Source: an uncultured Gammaproteobacteria bacterium (GTDB lineage Bacteria > Pseudomonadota > Gammaproteobacteria > UBA9214). From it: 64,000 nucleotides of DNA. The notes below the pieces were generated by a model. It made no database searches. It was given only the letters and a program-made list of their open reading frames with translations, and was not told the origin of the DNA. Below are positions 31,581-41,492 of this stretch, in pieces; position 1 is the stretch's first letter, and every line of letters starts with the position of its first letter. Location of the stretch: NCBI GenBank assembly GCA_963748215.1, contig CAVVHS010000006.1:544001-608000 (forward strand), in the 5' to 3' direction. A program made the position numbers and the translations under genes.

Positions 31581-32096
31581 ATGCCCGATACAAGCAGACC
31601 TGTGTTTGAAGGCAGGCTGGTCAAGCTGTCAATTGATTCTGTTACCTTGCCGAACGGGGTCGCTGCAGAACTCGAGATCGTCCACCACCCGGGTGGCGCC
31701 GCCGTTGTGGCACTCGACGAGCACGACAAGGTCTGCCTGTTGTGGCAATACCGGCACGCCGGTAGCGGCTGGCTGTGGGAACTGCCAGCCGGCAAACTGG
31801 ACCCGGGTGAAGCGCCGGACACCACGGCCTTGCGTGAACTGGAGGAGGAAGCCGGCATCCGGGCCGGACGGCTCGACCGTCTCGGCAGCATGATTACCAC
31901 GCCCGGTTTCTGCACCGAGATCGTGCACCTGTTCCTCGCCCGTGACCTGGTGCGGGTGCCTGCCGCGCCGGAGGAGCAGGAACTGTTCGAGGTGCACTGG
32001 CTGCCTTTCGAGGTGGCGCTCGGGCAGGTCTATGACGGCACCATCCGCGATGCCAAGACCATGCTCGGACTGACGCTGTGTGCCAACCGGCTGTAA
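31581..32096 (+). CDS. NUDIX hydrolase, ADP-ribose pyrophosphatase-like
   Basis: Nudix box ELPAGKLDPGE...ALRELEEEAG; IRDAKT. Confidence 0.88.
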   Translation: MPDTSRPVFEGRLVKLSIDSVTLPNGVAAELEIVHHPGGAAVVALDEHDKVCLLWQYRHAGSGWLWELPAGKLDPGEAPDTTALRELEEEAGIRAGRLDRLGSMITTPGFCTEIVHLFLARDLVRVPAAPEEQELFEVHWLPFEVALGQVYDGTIRDAKTMLGLTLCANRL

Positions 32097-32130
32097 ACAG
32101 CGTGCAGACAATCTTGCACACACACCCGGC

Positions 32131-32722
32131 ATGAACCACGCACTGCGGGAACAGCTCCTGGCATTGCAGCAACGCGATACCGATACCCGCAGCCGGCTCC
32201 TCGCCGAGGGTCGCCTGTATGGCGACTATGCGGAGGACATGCAGCAGGTCCATCGCGACAATGCCGAAGCGCTGGAGTGCATCATCGCTCAATACGGCTG
32301 GCCCGGGGTGTACCCTGGTCGGCACAGACGGCGCAGGTGCGGCCTGGCTCATCGCTCAGCACGCCATCTGCATCCCGGCGCTGCAGCGCGGCTTTCTCGC
32401 GCACCTCGAGTCGGCCGTTGCGCACGGCGAGGCCCCGCCGCGACAGCTTGCCTATCTGACCGACCGCATCCGCTTCAACGAGGAACGTCCGCAACGCTAC
32501 GGCCTGGTGCTGGACTGGGACGCCGACGGTCAGCTGAACTGCACCGTGGAAGACCCGGAGCATCTCCATGCACGCCGCGCCGCCATCGGCCTGCCCCCGT
32601 TTGCAGAGGACCTGGCCCGGGATCGAGCGGCGGTCGCCGCGGAAGGCGGACACTGCCCGGAAGATGTTGCGGCCTACCAGGCCCGGCGCCGCGCCTGGGC
32701 GCACCGTGTCGGTTGGATCTAG
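32131..32722 (+). CDS. Conserved hypothetical protein (DUF6624-like) with one frameshift near 32310
   Basis: YGWPG continues as LVG..GA.AAWLIAQH and AYLTDR..QRYG in another frame. Confidence 0.65.
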
Positions 32723-32845
32723 CCGCATGGGGCCCCGCTGTTCCCTGGCCACACGAAAAGCCGTAGAGTGGCGTCATGCCGGCAGGCACCCCCGTGACGG
32801 CCTGATGCATCGGGCCGGCATACCGACTCCTGCTGTAAGGATCAC

Positions 32846-33817
32846 ATGACATACGCCTTTCGCACTCTCCTGCTCGTGGCTGCGCTGGCGCTGGCAGGCT
32901 GCCAGCCCAGCCCGTCCTTTGAAGTCGTCGGCACGCTGGAATGGGACCGCATCGAGCTCACCGCCGATGCGGCCGAGCCCATCGTGACCATCGCGGTACA
33001 CGAGGGCGAGACCGTCACGGCCGGTCAACTCATCCTCAGCCAGGATGCGCGGCGCGTGCAGGCGCAACTGGACCAGGCTAACGCCCTGCTCGCCCAGCAG
33101 GAGGCACGGCTGGCGGAACTGCAACGCGGGCCGCGTGTCGAGCTGATCACGCAGGCACGGGCGCAGCTCGCCGGTGCCGAAGGCACGCTTGCCAGCGCCC
33201 GGCACGAGCTCGAGCGGGTCCGGCCGTTGGTCGCGAAGCAGCTGCTGAGCCCGCAGGACCTCGACCAGGCACAGGCAGCGTACGATACCGCGCTCGCCGC
33301 GCGCGATGCGGCACGTGCCGCACTGGCACAGCTCGAAGCGGGCAGCACGCGGGAAGAACTGGACCAGGCACGTGCTGCAAGTGCGGCCGCGGCCGCGGCC
33401 GTACGCGTGCTGGAGGTGAGCCTGGGACGTCTCGCGGTACACGCCCCTGCGAACGGGGTCATCGATGACCTGCCGCTGGAACCGGGCGAACGACCGCAGG
33501 CCGGTGCCGTGGTCGCGGTGCTGCTGGCAGGCCAGGCCCCGCATGCCCGCATCTACCTGCCGGAACCCCTGCGCACACAGGTACAGGTCGGCAGCAAGGC
33601 AACGGTGCTGGTCGACGGCATCGAACAACCGTTCCGCGGTCACGTACGCCGCGTCAGCGCCGATCCCGTCTTCACGCCCTATTATTCACTCACCGCTCAC
33701 GACCGCTCCCGGCTCAGCTACCTGGCCGAGGTCGAGCTCGACGACGCGCAAGCCCGGCAACTGCCCGGTGGCGTTCCCCTGCAGGTCACCTTCGATGCCC
33801 AGCCCGCCGGACAGTGA
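32846..33817 (+). CDS. HlyD-family membrane fusion protein (lipoprotein)
   Basis: LAGC lipobox, biotinyl-like halves, coiled coil, FTPY motif. Confidence 0.88.
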   Translation: MTYAFRTLLLVAALALAGCQPSPSFEVVGTLEWDRIELTADAAEPIVTIAVHEGETVTAGQLILSQDARRVQAQLDQANALLAQQEARLAELQRGPRVELITQARAQLAGAEGTLASARHELERVRPLVAKQLLSPQDLDQAQAAYDTALAARDAARAALAQLEAGSTREELDQARAASAAAAAAVRVLEVSLGRLAVHAPANGVIDDLPLEPGERPQAGAVVAVLLAGQAPHARIYLPEPLRTQVQVGSKATVLVDGIEQPFRGHVRRVSADPVFTPYYSLTAHDRSRLSYLAEVELDDAQARQLPGGVPLQVTFDAQPAGQ

Positions 33818-34772
33818 ACCGGTTGGCACGGATGCAGCCGTCGTCACACGCGGCCTGACGCGCCGCTTCGGCACCCTCACCGCCGTCGACCACGTCGACC
33901 TCGACATCCCGCGCAATGCCATCTACGGCTTTCTTGGCCCGAACGGTTCCGGCAAGTCGACCACCATTCGCATGTTCTGCGGCCTGCTCACGCCCAGCAG
34001 CGGCACGGCAACAGTGCTGGGTCTGCAGATGCCGGACGAGGCCGAGGCGCTCAAGCACAGGATCGGTTACATGACCCAGCGCTTCTCGCTGTACGAAGAC
34101 CTGACGGTACGGGAGAACCTCGATTTCGTTGCGCGCATCTACTGCCTGCCTGCCGCGCGCCGCCATGCGCGCATCGGGGAATTGCTGACCGACTACCACC
34201 TGGAAGACATGGCCGGCCAGCGCGCCGGCACCCTGAGCGGCGGCGAGAAACAGCGCCTGTCGCTGGCTGCAGCGACCCTGCATGAACCGGAACTGCTGTT
34301 CCTGGACGAGCCGACCAGCGCGGTCGATCCGCAGAGCCGGCGTGATTTCTGGGAAAACCTGTTCCGGCTGGTCGATGCCGGCACCACCATCCTGGTGTCG
34401 ACACACTACATGGACGAGGCCGAGCGCTGTCACCGCCTCGCCATCCTCGACCACGGCGTGGTGCGTGCCGAAGGCACGCCGCAGCGGCTGATGGCAGACA
34501 TGGCGGCGACCGTCGTCGAGGTGCAGGCAGAGGACTACCGGCAGATACGTGCGGCGCTGCGCGCGCTGCCCGAGGTGCTCAGCGTTGCGCAGATCGGTGA
34601 GCGGCTGCGGGTATTGCTGTACCGCGAGACTGTGGCGCCGGACAGCGTGGTGCGCGACGCCCTGCAGCAGGCCGGTGTGGTGGCAGACGTCGGTATCGTC
34701 GAGCCCAGCCTGGAGGACGTGTTCGTGACCGCCACGCAGGCGGCCAGGCAGACAGGCGGTGCCGCGGCATGA
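33795..34772 (+). CDS. ABC transporter ATP-binding protein (start uncertain)
   Basis: GPNGSGKST, LSGG, LDEPT motifs. Confidence 0.9.
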   Translation: MPSPPDSEPVGTDAAVVTRGLTRRFGTLTAVDHVDLDIPRNAIYGFLGPNGSGKSTTIRMFCGLLTPSSGTATVLGLQMPDEAEALKHRIGYMTQRFSLYEDLTVRENLDFVARIYCLPAARRHARIGELLTDYHLEDMAGQRAGTLSGGEKQRLSLAAATLHEPELLFLDEPTSAVDPQSRRDFWENLFRLVDAGTTILVSTHYMDEAERCHRLAILDHGVVRAEGTPQRLMADMAATVVEVQAEDYRQIRAALRALPEVLSVAQIGERLRVLLYRETVAPDSVVRDALQQAGVVADVGIVEPSLEDVFVTATQAARQTGGAAA

Positions 34773-35884
34773 CCCGCTGTTACATGCGCCTGTTCGCGAT
34801 TATGCGCAAGGAGGTGCAGCAGCTGGCGCGCGACCGCCTGACACTGGGCATGATCGTCGGCATACCCATGATGCAGATGATCCTGTTCGGCTACGCCATC
34901 AATACCGATGTCCGGCATCTGCACGGGGCAGTGGCCGACGCGGCGCAGACGCAGCTGTCGCGGCAGCTGGTGGCCGATGTCCAGGCCTCGCAGGTGATCG
35001 ATGTGATTCATGTTGTGCAGACCGGTGCACAGGTGCAGGCGCTGCTCGATCGCGGCACGATCGCCGTCGGCATCGTCATTCCACGCGATTTCGAAAGGCG
35101 CCTGCAGGAACGCCGGCGCCGTAATGGGCGTCCGGCCGCGCAGTTGCTGGTGGATGGCAGCGACCCGATCGTGCTGGGCGCCGCACGCGGTCTGACGGGC
35201 CTGCAGCTGCAGCAGGATACCGACCGGCACGAACCGCCCGTCGTGCCGCTGTTCGAGGTGCGCAATTTCTACAATCCGGAGCGACGCTCGGCCGTGTTCG
35301 TGGTACCCGGACTGATCGGTGTGATCCTGACCATGACCATGGCGATGTTCACGGCGGTGGCCATCGTACGCGAGCGCGAACGCGGCAACCTGGAGATGCT
35401 GATCAACACCCCGGTCAGCTCGCTGGAGCTGATGATCGGCAAGGTACTGCCGTTTGTGGCGATCGGTCTGGTGCAGGTGACGCTCATCATGCTGGTAGGC
35501 ATGTGGCTGTTCGATGTGCCCATCACGGGACAGGTGCGCGATGTCTACCTCGCCGCGCTGCTGTTCATCGCCGCCAACCTCACGCTCGGGCTGCTGATCT
35601 CGACGCTGGTACAGACCCAGTTCCAGGCCATGCAGATGACCATGTTCTTTTTTCTGCCCTCGATCCTGCTGTCCGGTTTCATGTTCCCGTTCGACGGCAT
35701 GCCGCGCGCGGCGCAGTACATCGCCGAGCTGCTGCCGCTCACGCATTTCGTGCGCCTGATCCGCGGCATCATGCTGCGCGGCGCGGAGCTGGGCATGATG
35801 ACCGGCGAACTCTATGCCCTGGCGGCCTTCCTGCTGGTGACCATGGGGATCGCGGTGCTGCGCTTCAGCAAGCGACTGGACTGA
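34769..35884 (+). CDS. ABC-2 type exporter permease
   Basis: VRERERGNLE, LSGFMFP motifs. Confidence 0.9.
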   Translation: MTRCYMRLFAIMRKEVQQLARDRLTLGMIVGIPMMQMILFGYAINTDVRHLHGAVADAAQTQLSRQLVADVQASQVIDVIHVVQTGAQVQALLDRGTIAVGIVIPRDFERRLQERRRRNGRPAAQLLVDGSDPIVLGAARGLTGLQLQQDTDRHEPPVVPLFEVRNFYNPERRSAVFVVPGLIGVILTMTMAMFTAVAIVRERERGNLEMLINTPVSSLELMIGKVLPFVAIGLVQVTLIMLVGMWLFDVPITGQVRDVYLAALLFIAANLTLGLLISTLVQTQFQAMQMTMFFFLPSILLSGFMFPFDGMPRAAQYIAELLPLTHFVRLIRGIMLRGAELGMMTGELYALAAFLLVTMGIAVLRFSKRLD

Positions 35885-35936
35885 TGGCGGCCGGCCGTCG
35901 CAGAATCAGCGCGGGTTGCCACCGGGAGGTACCCTA

Positions 35937-36584
35937 ATGCCCCCGCGTATGGTGTTGCTGCTGGTCGGGCTCGCACTGCTGACCGTGCTGATCCAGATCA
36001 ACCTGCTGGCGATCGCCTTCGACAAGCTGGGGCTGTCGCCGCACGCCGCCATGACCCTGGTGCTGTTTGCGCTGTTCGGCAGCGCCATCAACCTGCCGCT
36101 GGCGCGGATCACGGCCGAGGCGCCGGCGGAACCCCCGCCGCCCCTGCCCGCCTGGCTGCAACCGCTGCAGATTCCGTTCGAGGGCACGACCCTGATCGCG
36201 GTCAACCTCGGCGGCTGCATCATCCCGGTGGCTTTCTCGGCCTACCTGATGGCGCACAATCCGCTGCCATTCATCGAGGTACTGTCGGCCATCGCCATTG
36301 TCAGCCTCGTCAGCAACCGGCTCAGCCGCCCCATACCGCGACTGGGTATCGCCATGCCGGTACTGGTCGCGCCGTTCACCGCCGCCCTCACCGCCCTGCT
36401 GATCAATGCCGAACACGCCGCCCCGCTGGCCTACATCAGCGGCACCCTCGGCGTGCTGATCGGTGCCGACCTCCTGCGTCTCGGCGATATACGCAAAATG
36501 GGTACACCCCTCGCATCCATCGGCGGCGCCGGCACCTTCGACGGCATTTTCATTACGGGGATCGTGGCGGCGCTGCTGGCCTGA
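35937..36584 (+). CDS. DUF1614 membrane protein
   Basis: GSAINLP, AVNLGGCIIP, SIGGAGTFDGIF motifs. Confidence 0.85.
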   Translation: MPPRMVLLLVGLALLTVLIQINLLAIAFDKLGLSPHAAMTLVLFALFGSAINLPLARITAEAPAEPPPPLPAWLQPLQIPFEGTTLIAVNLGGCIIPVAFSAYLMAHNPLPFIEVLSAIAIVSLVSNRLSRPIPRLGIAMPVLVAPFTAALTALLINAEHAAPLAYISGTLGVLIGADLLRLGDIRKMGTPLASIGGAGTFDGIFITGIVAALLA

Positions 36585-36658
36585 TCATCTATTGAAAGAT
36601 CCGGATGCATGCCGCGTAAAACGCGTAAACTGTATCCGGCCCCTCTCTGGGGGAAATC

Positions 36659-36710
36659 GGGGTCAGAGCACAATATTCGCTAATATTAGGAACAATTGTG
36701 ATCTGACCCC
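36659..36710. repeat. 52-bp palindromic site, subfamily A (A1)
   Basis: ggggtcagagcacaat...attgtgatctgacccc. Confidence 0.85.
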
Positions 36711-36823
36711 AGTTGCTCCAGTTGCCATGCCGTTCTAGATTCTTGCAGGAATGACCACTTTGGGTCGCCTTCCGGCTACAAGACAATTCTTTTAGAGAGC
36801 AGTCTACGGATGTGTTCCTGTTG

Positions 36824-37360
36824 CTAGTCCAGTGACAGCGCAGCTATTTTCTGCAATCCCTGGCGGATGTTGTCTTGTGCGGCTCCCTCAACTGCAAGTC
36901 GGATTCGCGTTACGGCAGCGAATGCTTCGCCAGCGGTTGCTGTATGAGAAGACTTTACAGATTCTCTCATGACGGCATTGCCAGTTCTCGTATTCACCAG
37001 TGACCATGCCATTTCCATATCGATCGTGAAAGAAAATCCGAACATGGGTTTTGACATGCTGATCAGTGACACGCTCAGCATGTAATCCGCACCATCGCCC
37101 TTGATCACGCTGGAAAACAGACCGGACGTCTTAATGGATTCCTCGATAGCGGCGGCCAGATCCTCGTTGGATATGTTTGTATAGTCCATGGCGCCGGTTT
37201 CGCCACCACCACTTGTTCTGATGCTGACTGAATACGGATGCCTGGCACCGAACGACGTGTCATCGACCACGAGTGCTTGCTTGCTTGCCGGCGATGCGCA
37301 GCCGGAGAGCCACACAACGATGGAGCATGCCAGTACCTGACGGATAAGATTAATTGGCAT
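36824..37360 (-). CDS. Hypothetical lipoprotein
   Basis: LSGC lipobox; AGGAG RBS; lower GC. Confidence 0.75.
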   Translation of the reverse strand: MPINLIRQVLACSIVVWLSGCASPASKQALVVDDTSFGARHPYSVSIRTSGGGETGAMDYTNISNEDLAAAIEESIKTSGLFSSVIKGDGADYMLSVSLISMSKPMFGFSFTIDMEMAWSLVNTRTGNAVMRESVKSSHTATAGEAFAAVTRIRLAVEGAAQDNIRQGLQKIAALSLD

Positions 37361-37805
37361 TGTCGGCTCCTTGCTTCTGCTTACTGAAGAAGATGTTGGT
37401 GAGTACCTCGTCCACCATTCCCTCCTGCGATTTTCTTGTCATGGATGTATGAAATGAGTTCCCGGTAGCAAGCGGGAAATCTGTTTTTGGCTCTCTCAGA
37501 GTTACGGTCAGTTCGAGCATGTACATCGTGATATCCCAGAACCATTTATCTACGTAGGTGACGATTGCATCGACATCGGCTTCGGTCTCTGACACCTGAA
37601 AGCCCATTTCCAAAAGTTTTCTCTTTATCACGAGATTGGTATCCCTCGTGTCATCGCTGTATTTTTTCACATAGAATAGCTTGAGACTGGACAGGTCTGT
37701 CGTCTGGTCAACGGTTGCCGTCGCCCGGTTTATAGCGCAGCCATGCAGTAAGGCAAGCACCATCAGCAACACAACGATAAATTCCGTTTTTTCCTTTTGT
37801 AGCAT
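37350..37805 (-). CDS. Hypothetical lipoprotein
   Basis: LHGC lipobox; DKWFWDITMYM motif; AGGAG RBS. Confidence 0.75.
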   Translation of the reverse strand: MLQKEKTEFIVVLLMVLALLHGCAINRATATVDQTTDLSSLKLFYVKKYSDDTRDTNLVIKRKLLEMGFQVSETEADVDAIVTYVDKWFWDITMYMLELTVTLREPKTDFPLATGNSFHTSMTRKSQEGMVDEVLTNIFFSKQKQGADNAN

Positions 37806-37851
37806 GGCTTGCTCCTTGTTTTATGTCTTTACCCGGTTGTGCAGCAATATG

Positions 37852-38373
37852 TTACTCAAACGCGTCGTCACTTCCAGAAAATGTTTTATCCTGTCCGGCA
37901 GATACCGATTCCTGTATGTACGCGCGCTTTTCTTCTTCCCATTGTATTTTCGAATTTTCGTCGAGCCAAACTTCAGGTTCCATCCAGATTACTACCTTGT
38001 CCGGGTAGCGCTGGGCAGCTCCGGACGATGCGTCGAATAGAATCCCTATTCCACCACCGAGGATTACATTACCCATGGTTGCGCCGGCAATCGCCTCATC
38101 GAGCTTCAGGGTGGCAGGCTTGTAGCCGGGCTTTGTGCAAGTAACTATTAGCGGGGCATTCCCCCTGGTCATATAAGTCGTTCCGGGTGTGCGGGGTATG
38201 AATGACCGGTTGCCCTTGCTGTCAACCAAAGTACAGCTTGCGCCGGTTACATTCTTTTCAGTAACGACCCGGATGCCCTGGTCCGTACCAGAAGTGATAG
38301 TGGCGCAACTTGATATTGCACAGCCAGCGAATGCCGCGATGCAAATGCATTTTAATTTCCACAAAACTTCCAT
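37852..38373 (-). CDS. Hypothetical lipoprotein
   Basis: ISSCATI lipobox; GNVILGGGIG..D..SGA glycine-rich motif. Confidence 0.7.
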   Translation of the reverse strand: MEVLWKLKCICIAAFAGCAISSCATITSGTDQGIRVVTEKNVTGASCTLVDSKGNRSFIPRTPGTTYMTRGNAPLIVTCTKPGYKPATLKLDEAIAGATMGNVILGGGIGILFDASSGAAQRYPDKVVIWMEPEVWLDENSKIQWEEEKRAYIQESVSAGQDKTFSGSDDAFE

Positions 38374-38532
38374 GTTGCTCTGCCGTCGCAAGTTATATCC
38401 CGTCCAATCGCTAATACATGAAACCGGTAATAAACAAGCGCTCCGGGTACTGATCCTTGTCAGTTTGGGTGGTAATAATATGCAATACAGGGGACAGCGC
38501 CTACCTCTGGAGTGGAATGACGAGGGTAAATC

Positions 38533-38584
38533 GGGCTCAGAGCACAATATTCGCCAATATCAGGAACAATTGTGCTCTGAGCCC
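38533..38584. repeat. 52-bp palindromic site A2
   Basis: gggctcagagcacaat...attgtgctctgagccc; compensatory change relative to A1. Confidence 0.85.
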
Positions 38585-38597
38585 AGTTGTTTTCGCT

Positions 38598-38679
38598 ACC
38601 GGCTAAGCCGCCCCATACCGCGACTGGGTATCGCCATGCCGGTACTGGTCGCGCCGTTCACCGCCGCCATCACCGCCCT
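38598..38679 (+). repeat. Direct copy of DUF1614 internal segment 36316-36397
   Basis: 80/82 identical by manual alignment. Confidence 0.9.
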
Positions 38680-39269
38680 TTGAATACTGCCTTGAGTATG
38701 AAATGGGTCGGCATGAATATGAGTAAGGGGTACGCACACATCAGCAACGCCAGATACAGAGGACCGGAGACCCATGTCTGGGGCGGGTTGCCGATACCAA
38801 AGACCCAGTTGAGGTTTCTTTCCGGATCGGTGGCCAGGTAACAGACCGGAAGCAGAACCCAGATCAACACTGTCTGCGCATAAACGGCACGCCTGTCGTA
38901 GCCCAGACGATGGATCATCCAGAGCAGTAGCACGGGCAGGACGACATGGAACAGGGAAAAGAACCTGAACAATAGCGTGTGACGGGATTCAAACATGTAC
39001 CCGGTCGCGTTGAGGCCGATCACATCGAAACCTGCAATCAGGCGCAGAAAATAATCCAGGTTCCAGGCCAGCTCCGGCAGCAGCACGCCAACCGCCATCA
39101 TACTGGTGAGAAACCGGTTCTCCATCCAGAGCGCCGGCACAACAGACAGCAGCGCGATATCCGATAACCAGAGAAAATTCGCCGGCCCCCGCTCCATCCA
39201 GTAAACAGGCACAAGGATACAGACAAAGAGCGTACAGGCTATCTTCAGCCACAGGGAAAGCATCATCAC
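38670..39269 (-). CDS. Conserved hypothetical membrane protein
   Basis: NFLWLSDIA, YMF, SLFH, NLNWVFG motifs; several TM helices. Confidence 0.8.
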   Translation of the reverse strand: MMMLSLWLKIACTLFVCILVPVYWMERGPANFLWLSDIALLSVVPALWMENRFLTSMMAVGVLLPELAWNLDYFLRLIAGFDVIGLNATGYMFESRHTLLFRFFSLFHVVLPVLLLWMIHRLGYDRRAVYAQTVLIWVLLPVCYLATDPERNLNWVFGIGNPPQTWVSGPLYLALLMCAYPLLIFMPTHFILKAVFKGR

Positions 39270-39383
39270 GACAGGTATCCAGTGTCTATGCGGGCCTGTT
39301 TATCATTTGTCAAACGACAAACCGTTCGCGTTTTATATCATTGAAATGCCGGCTTGCCAGCAGATCAATCGAGTCTGACACAC

Positions 39384-39703
39384 TACTGTCCCTCATAACC
39401 GTCATTCCCGCGAAGGCGGGAATCCAGGAATTTTTGTGCCCCTGCTAATCAGTGACTGGCTGGATACCCGCCTTCGCGGGTATGACATCATTGTTGTTCT
39501 GGAACTTCATGTCCAGGTACAGCCCAACACAATCCAAGGAACCTCTGATTAATTCACTCACCGTCATCCCGGCGCATGCCGGGATCCAGTGTTATTAATG
39601 GCCTGGATGCCGGCTATCGCCGGCATGACGAATCAATCGGAGATTCCCTTATCACTGGATCAGCCACATTCAATAAATTTCCAAATGATTATGAGGGACA
39701 GCA
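39384..39703. mobile_element. Composite MITE containing REP-like dyads and an inner TIR element
   Basis: TIR tactgtccctcataa / ttatgagggacagca (14/15); dyad 39401-39486; inner element 39536-39650 with dyad 39563-39629. Confidence 0.7.
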
Positions 39704-39728
39704 GGGAATCTGATCCCCATTGATCCTG

Positions 39729-41267
39729 CTATTGCTCTACCCCCGCAAACGCGATCCCGCTCAACTGCGCCAGTTCCGGCTTGCAGGTCGCAAGATCGTC
39801 CCGGCTGAACGCGTTCAGGTGCGCATGGCCGCAGGCCCTGGCCATCACCTGCATCAGCTCGACGGAGGCGCCGAGAAATCTCGCCAGCTTCAGCGCGGAC
39901 GCGTCGACGTCCAGGCGCCGGCGCAGTTCGGGTTGCTGGGTGGCGATACCGGAGGGGCAGTTGTTGGTGTTACAGATGCGTGCCGCGATACAGCCGATGG
40001 CCTGGATGGCACTGTTTGCAATGGCGATGCCGTCCGCGCCGAGCGCCAGCGCCTTGATGAAATCCGCCGGCACCCGCAGGCCGCCGGTAATGATCAGCGT
40101 GACCCGCCCGCTGGCGCCTGCCTGGTCGAGGCAGCGCCGGGCGCGCGCCAGTGCCGGGATAGTGGGTACGCTGATGTGATCGCGGAACAGCAGCGGGGCC
40201 GCGCCGGTGCCGCCACCGCGCCCGTCCAGGATGATGTAATCCGCGCCGGCCTGCAGGGCGAACTCGATGTCGCGTTCGATGTGGTTCGCGCTCAGCTTGA
40301 AGCCGACCGGGATGCCGCCGCTCACTTCGCGCACCCGGTCGGCGAAACGCCTGAAGTCCGCCGGGTTCTCCAGGTCGGCGAAGCGCGGCGGTGAGACCGC
40401 CGCCTGTCCCGCCGGGATGCCGCGCACCTCGGCGATCCTGTCCGAGACCTTCGCCGCGGGCAGGTGTCCGCCGGTGCCCGTCTTGGCGGCCTGGCCGCCC
40501 TTGAAGTGGAACGCCTGCACCTGCCGCAGCAGTTCCTCGCGATAACCGAACTTCGCACTCGCCAGCTCGTAGAAGTAACGGCTGTTGGCCGCCTGCTCCT
40601 CCGGCAGCATGCCGCCCTCCCCCGAGCAGATACCGGTACCCGCCAGTTCGGCGCCCTGCGCCAGCGCGACCTTCGCCTCCTGCGACAGCGAGCCGAAGCT
40701 CATGTCCGAGACGAACAGCGGCATCTCCAGGCGCAGCGGCCGGCGCGCTTCCGGGCCGATGACGAGGTCCGTTCCCACTGCCGCGTCCTCCGCGAGTGGC
40801 CTGTGGGCGAGCTGCGCGACCATTAGCTGGATGTCGTCCCAGTGTGGCAGGCGGTCGCGCGGCACCCCCATCGCCGCCATCGGCCCGTGATGCCCGAACA
40901 CCGCCAGGCCGTCGCCGGCCAGCGCATGGATGAACTCCACCGTCGGCTCCTCGGCCGTGGGGTGTACCGGCGGTACGGGGCCCTCATCGCCCGCGACCCC
41001 CGGTCCCTCCTTGCCCACCTGCTCCGCCGTGAACTGCTTGTGGCTACCGTCGCAGTACGGCGCGTTGCGGGTGTGCTTGCAGGCGCACAGATAGGCCTCG
41101 CTGTCCTCGTCGGCGACGATGACCTTCGGCGCAAACGGGGTGTTGACGTGCGAACCGTCGCAAAACGGCTGGCTGCGCGAGCGGCCGCAGGTGCAGAAAT
41201 GGTATTCGTGCCCCTTTTTCAGGTTGACCCTGACGGGCTTGTTGTCGGCGACAATCGGGTGCTTCAT
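39729..41267 (-). CDS. FMN-binding glutamate-synthase-family protein with two N-terminal CDGSH Fe-S domains
   Basis: Two CxC..S/T..PF/YCDGSH motifs; MSFGSLS, GGHLP, DGRGGGTGAAP, C-x5-C-x4-C. Confidence 0.88.
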   Translation of the reverse strand: MKHPIVADNKPVRVNLKKGHEYHFCTCGRSRSQPFCDGSHVNTPFAPKVIVADEDSEAYLCACKHTRNAPYCDGSHKQFTAEQVGKEGPGVAGDEGPVPPVHPTAEEPTVEFIHALAGDGLAVFGHHGPMAAMGVPRDRLPHWDDIQLMVAQLAHRPLAEDAAVGTDLVIGPEARRPLRLEMPLFVSDMSFGSLSQEAKVALAQGAELAGTGICSGEGGMLPEEQAANSRYFYELASAKFGYREELLRQVQAFHFKGGQAAKTGTGGHLPAAKVSDRIAEVRGIPAGQAAVSPPRFADLENPADFRRFADRVREVSGGIPVGFKLSANHIERDIEFALQAGADYIILDGRGGGTGAAPLLFRDHISVPTIPALARARRCLDQAGASGRVTLIITGGLRVPADFIKALALGADGIAIANSAIQAIGCIAARICNTNNCPSGIATQQPELRRRLDVDASALKLARFLGASVELMQVMARACGHAHLNAFSRDDLATCKPELAQLSGIAFAGVEQ

Positions 41268-41392
41268 GGTGGCTCCTGTGCATGCGCAAAGGTTATCCGG
41301 AACCTGCACAGGGTACCGGCCGACACCGCTCATGAAAAGCCGGCAGCCGCAGGGGGCTTCAGTGTCACCCGGCAGGAACCGATGTAATCTTC

Positions 41393-41446
41393 AGGGTCAG
41401 ACGCCAATAATTGCCGGACACCCGAAGATCGATGGCCTCTGACCCC
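41393..41446. repeat. Divergent palindromic site (54 bp)
   Basis: agggtcaga...tctgacccc. Confidence 0.6.
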
Positions 41447-41492
41447 GTGTAGCGTTTGCTATACTTGTTTTCAGTTGCTGACATAGGAGGGT

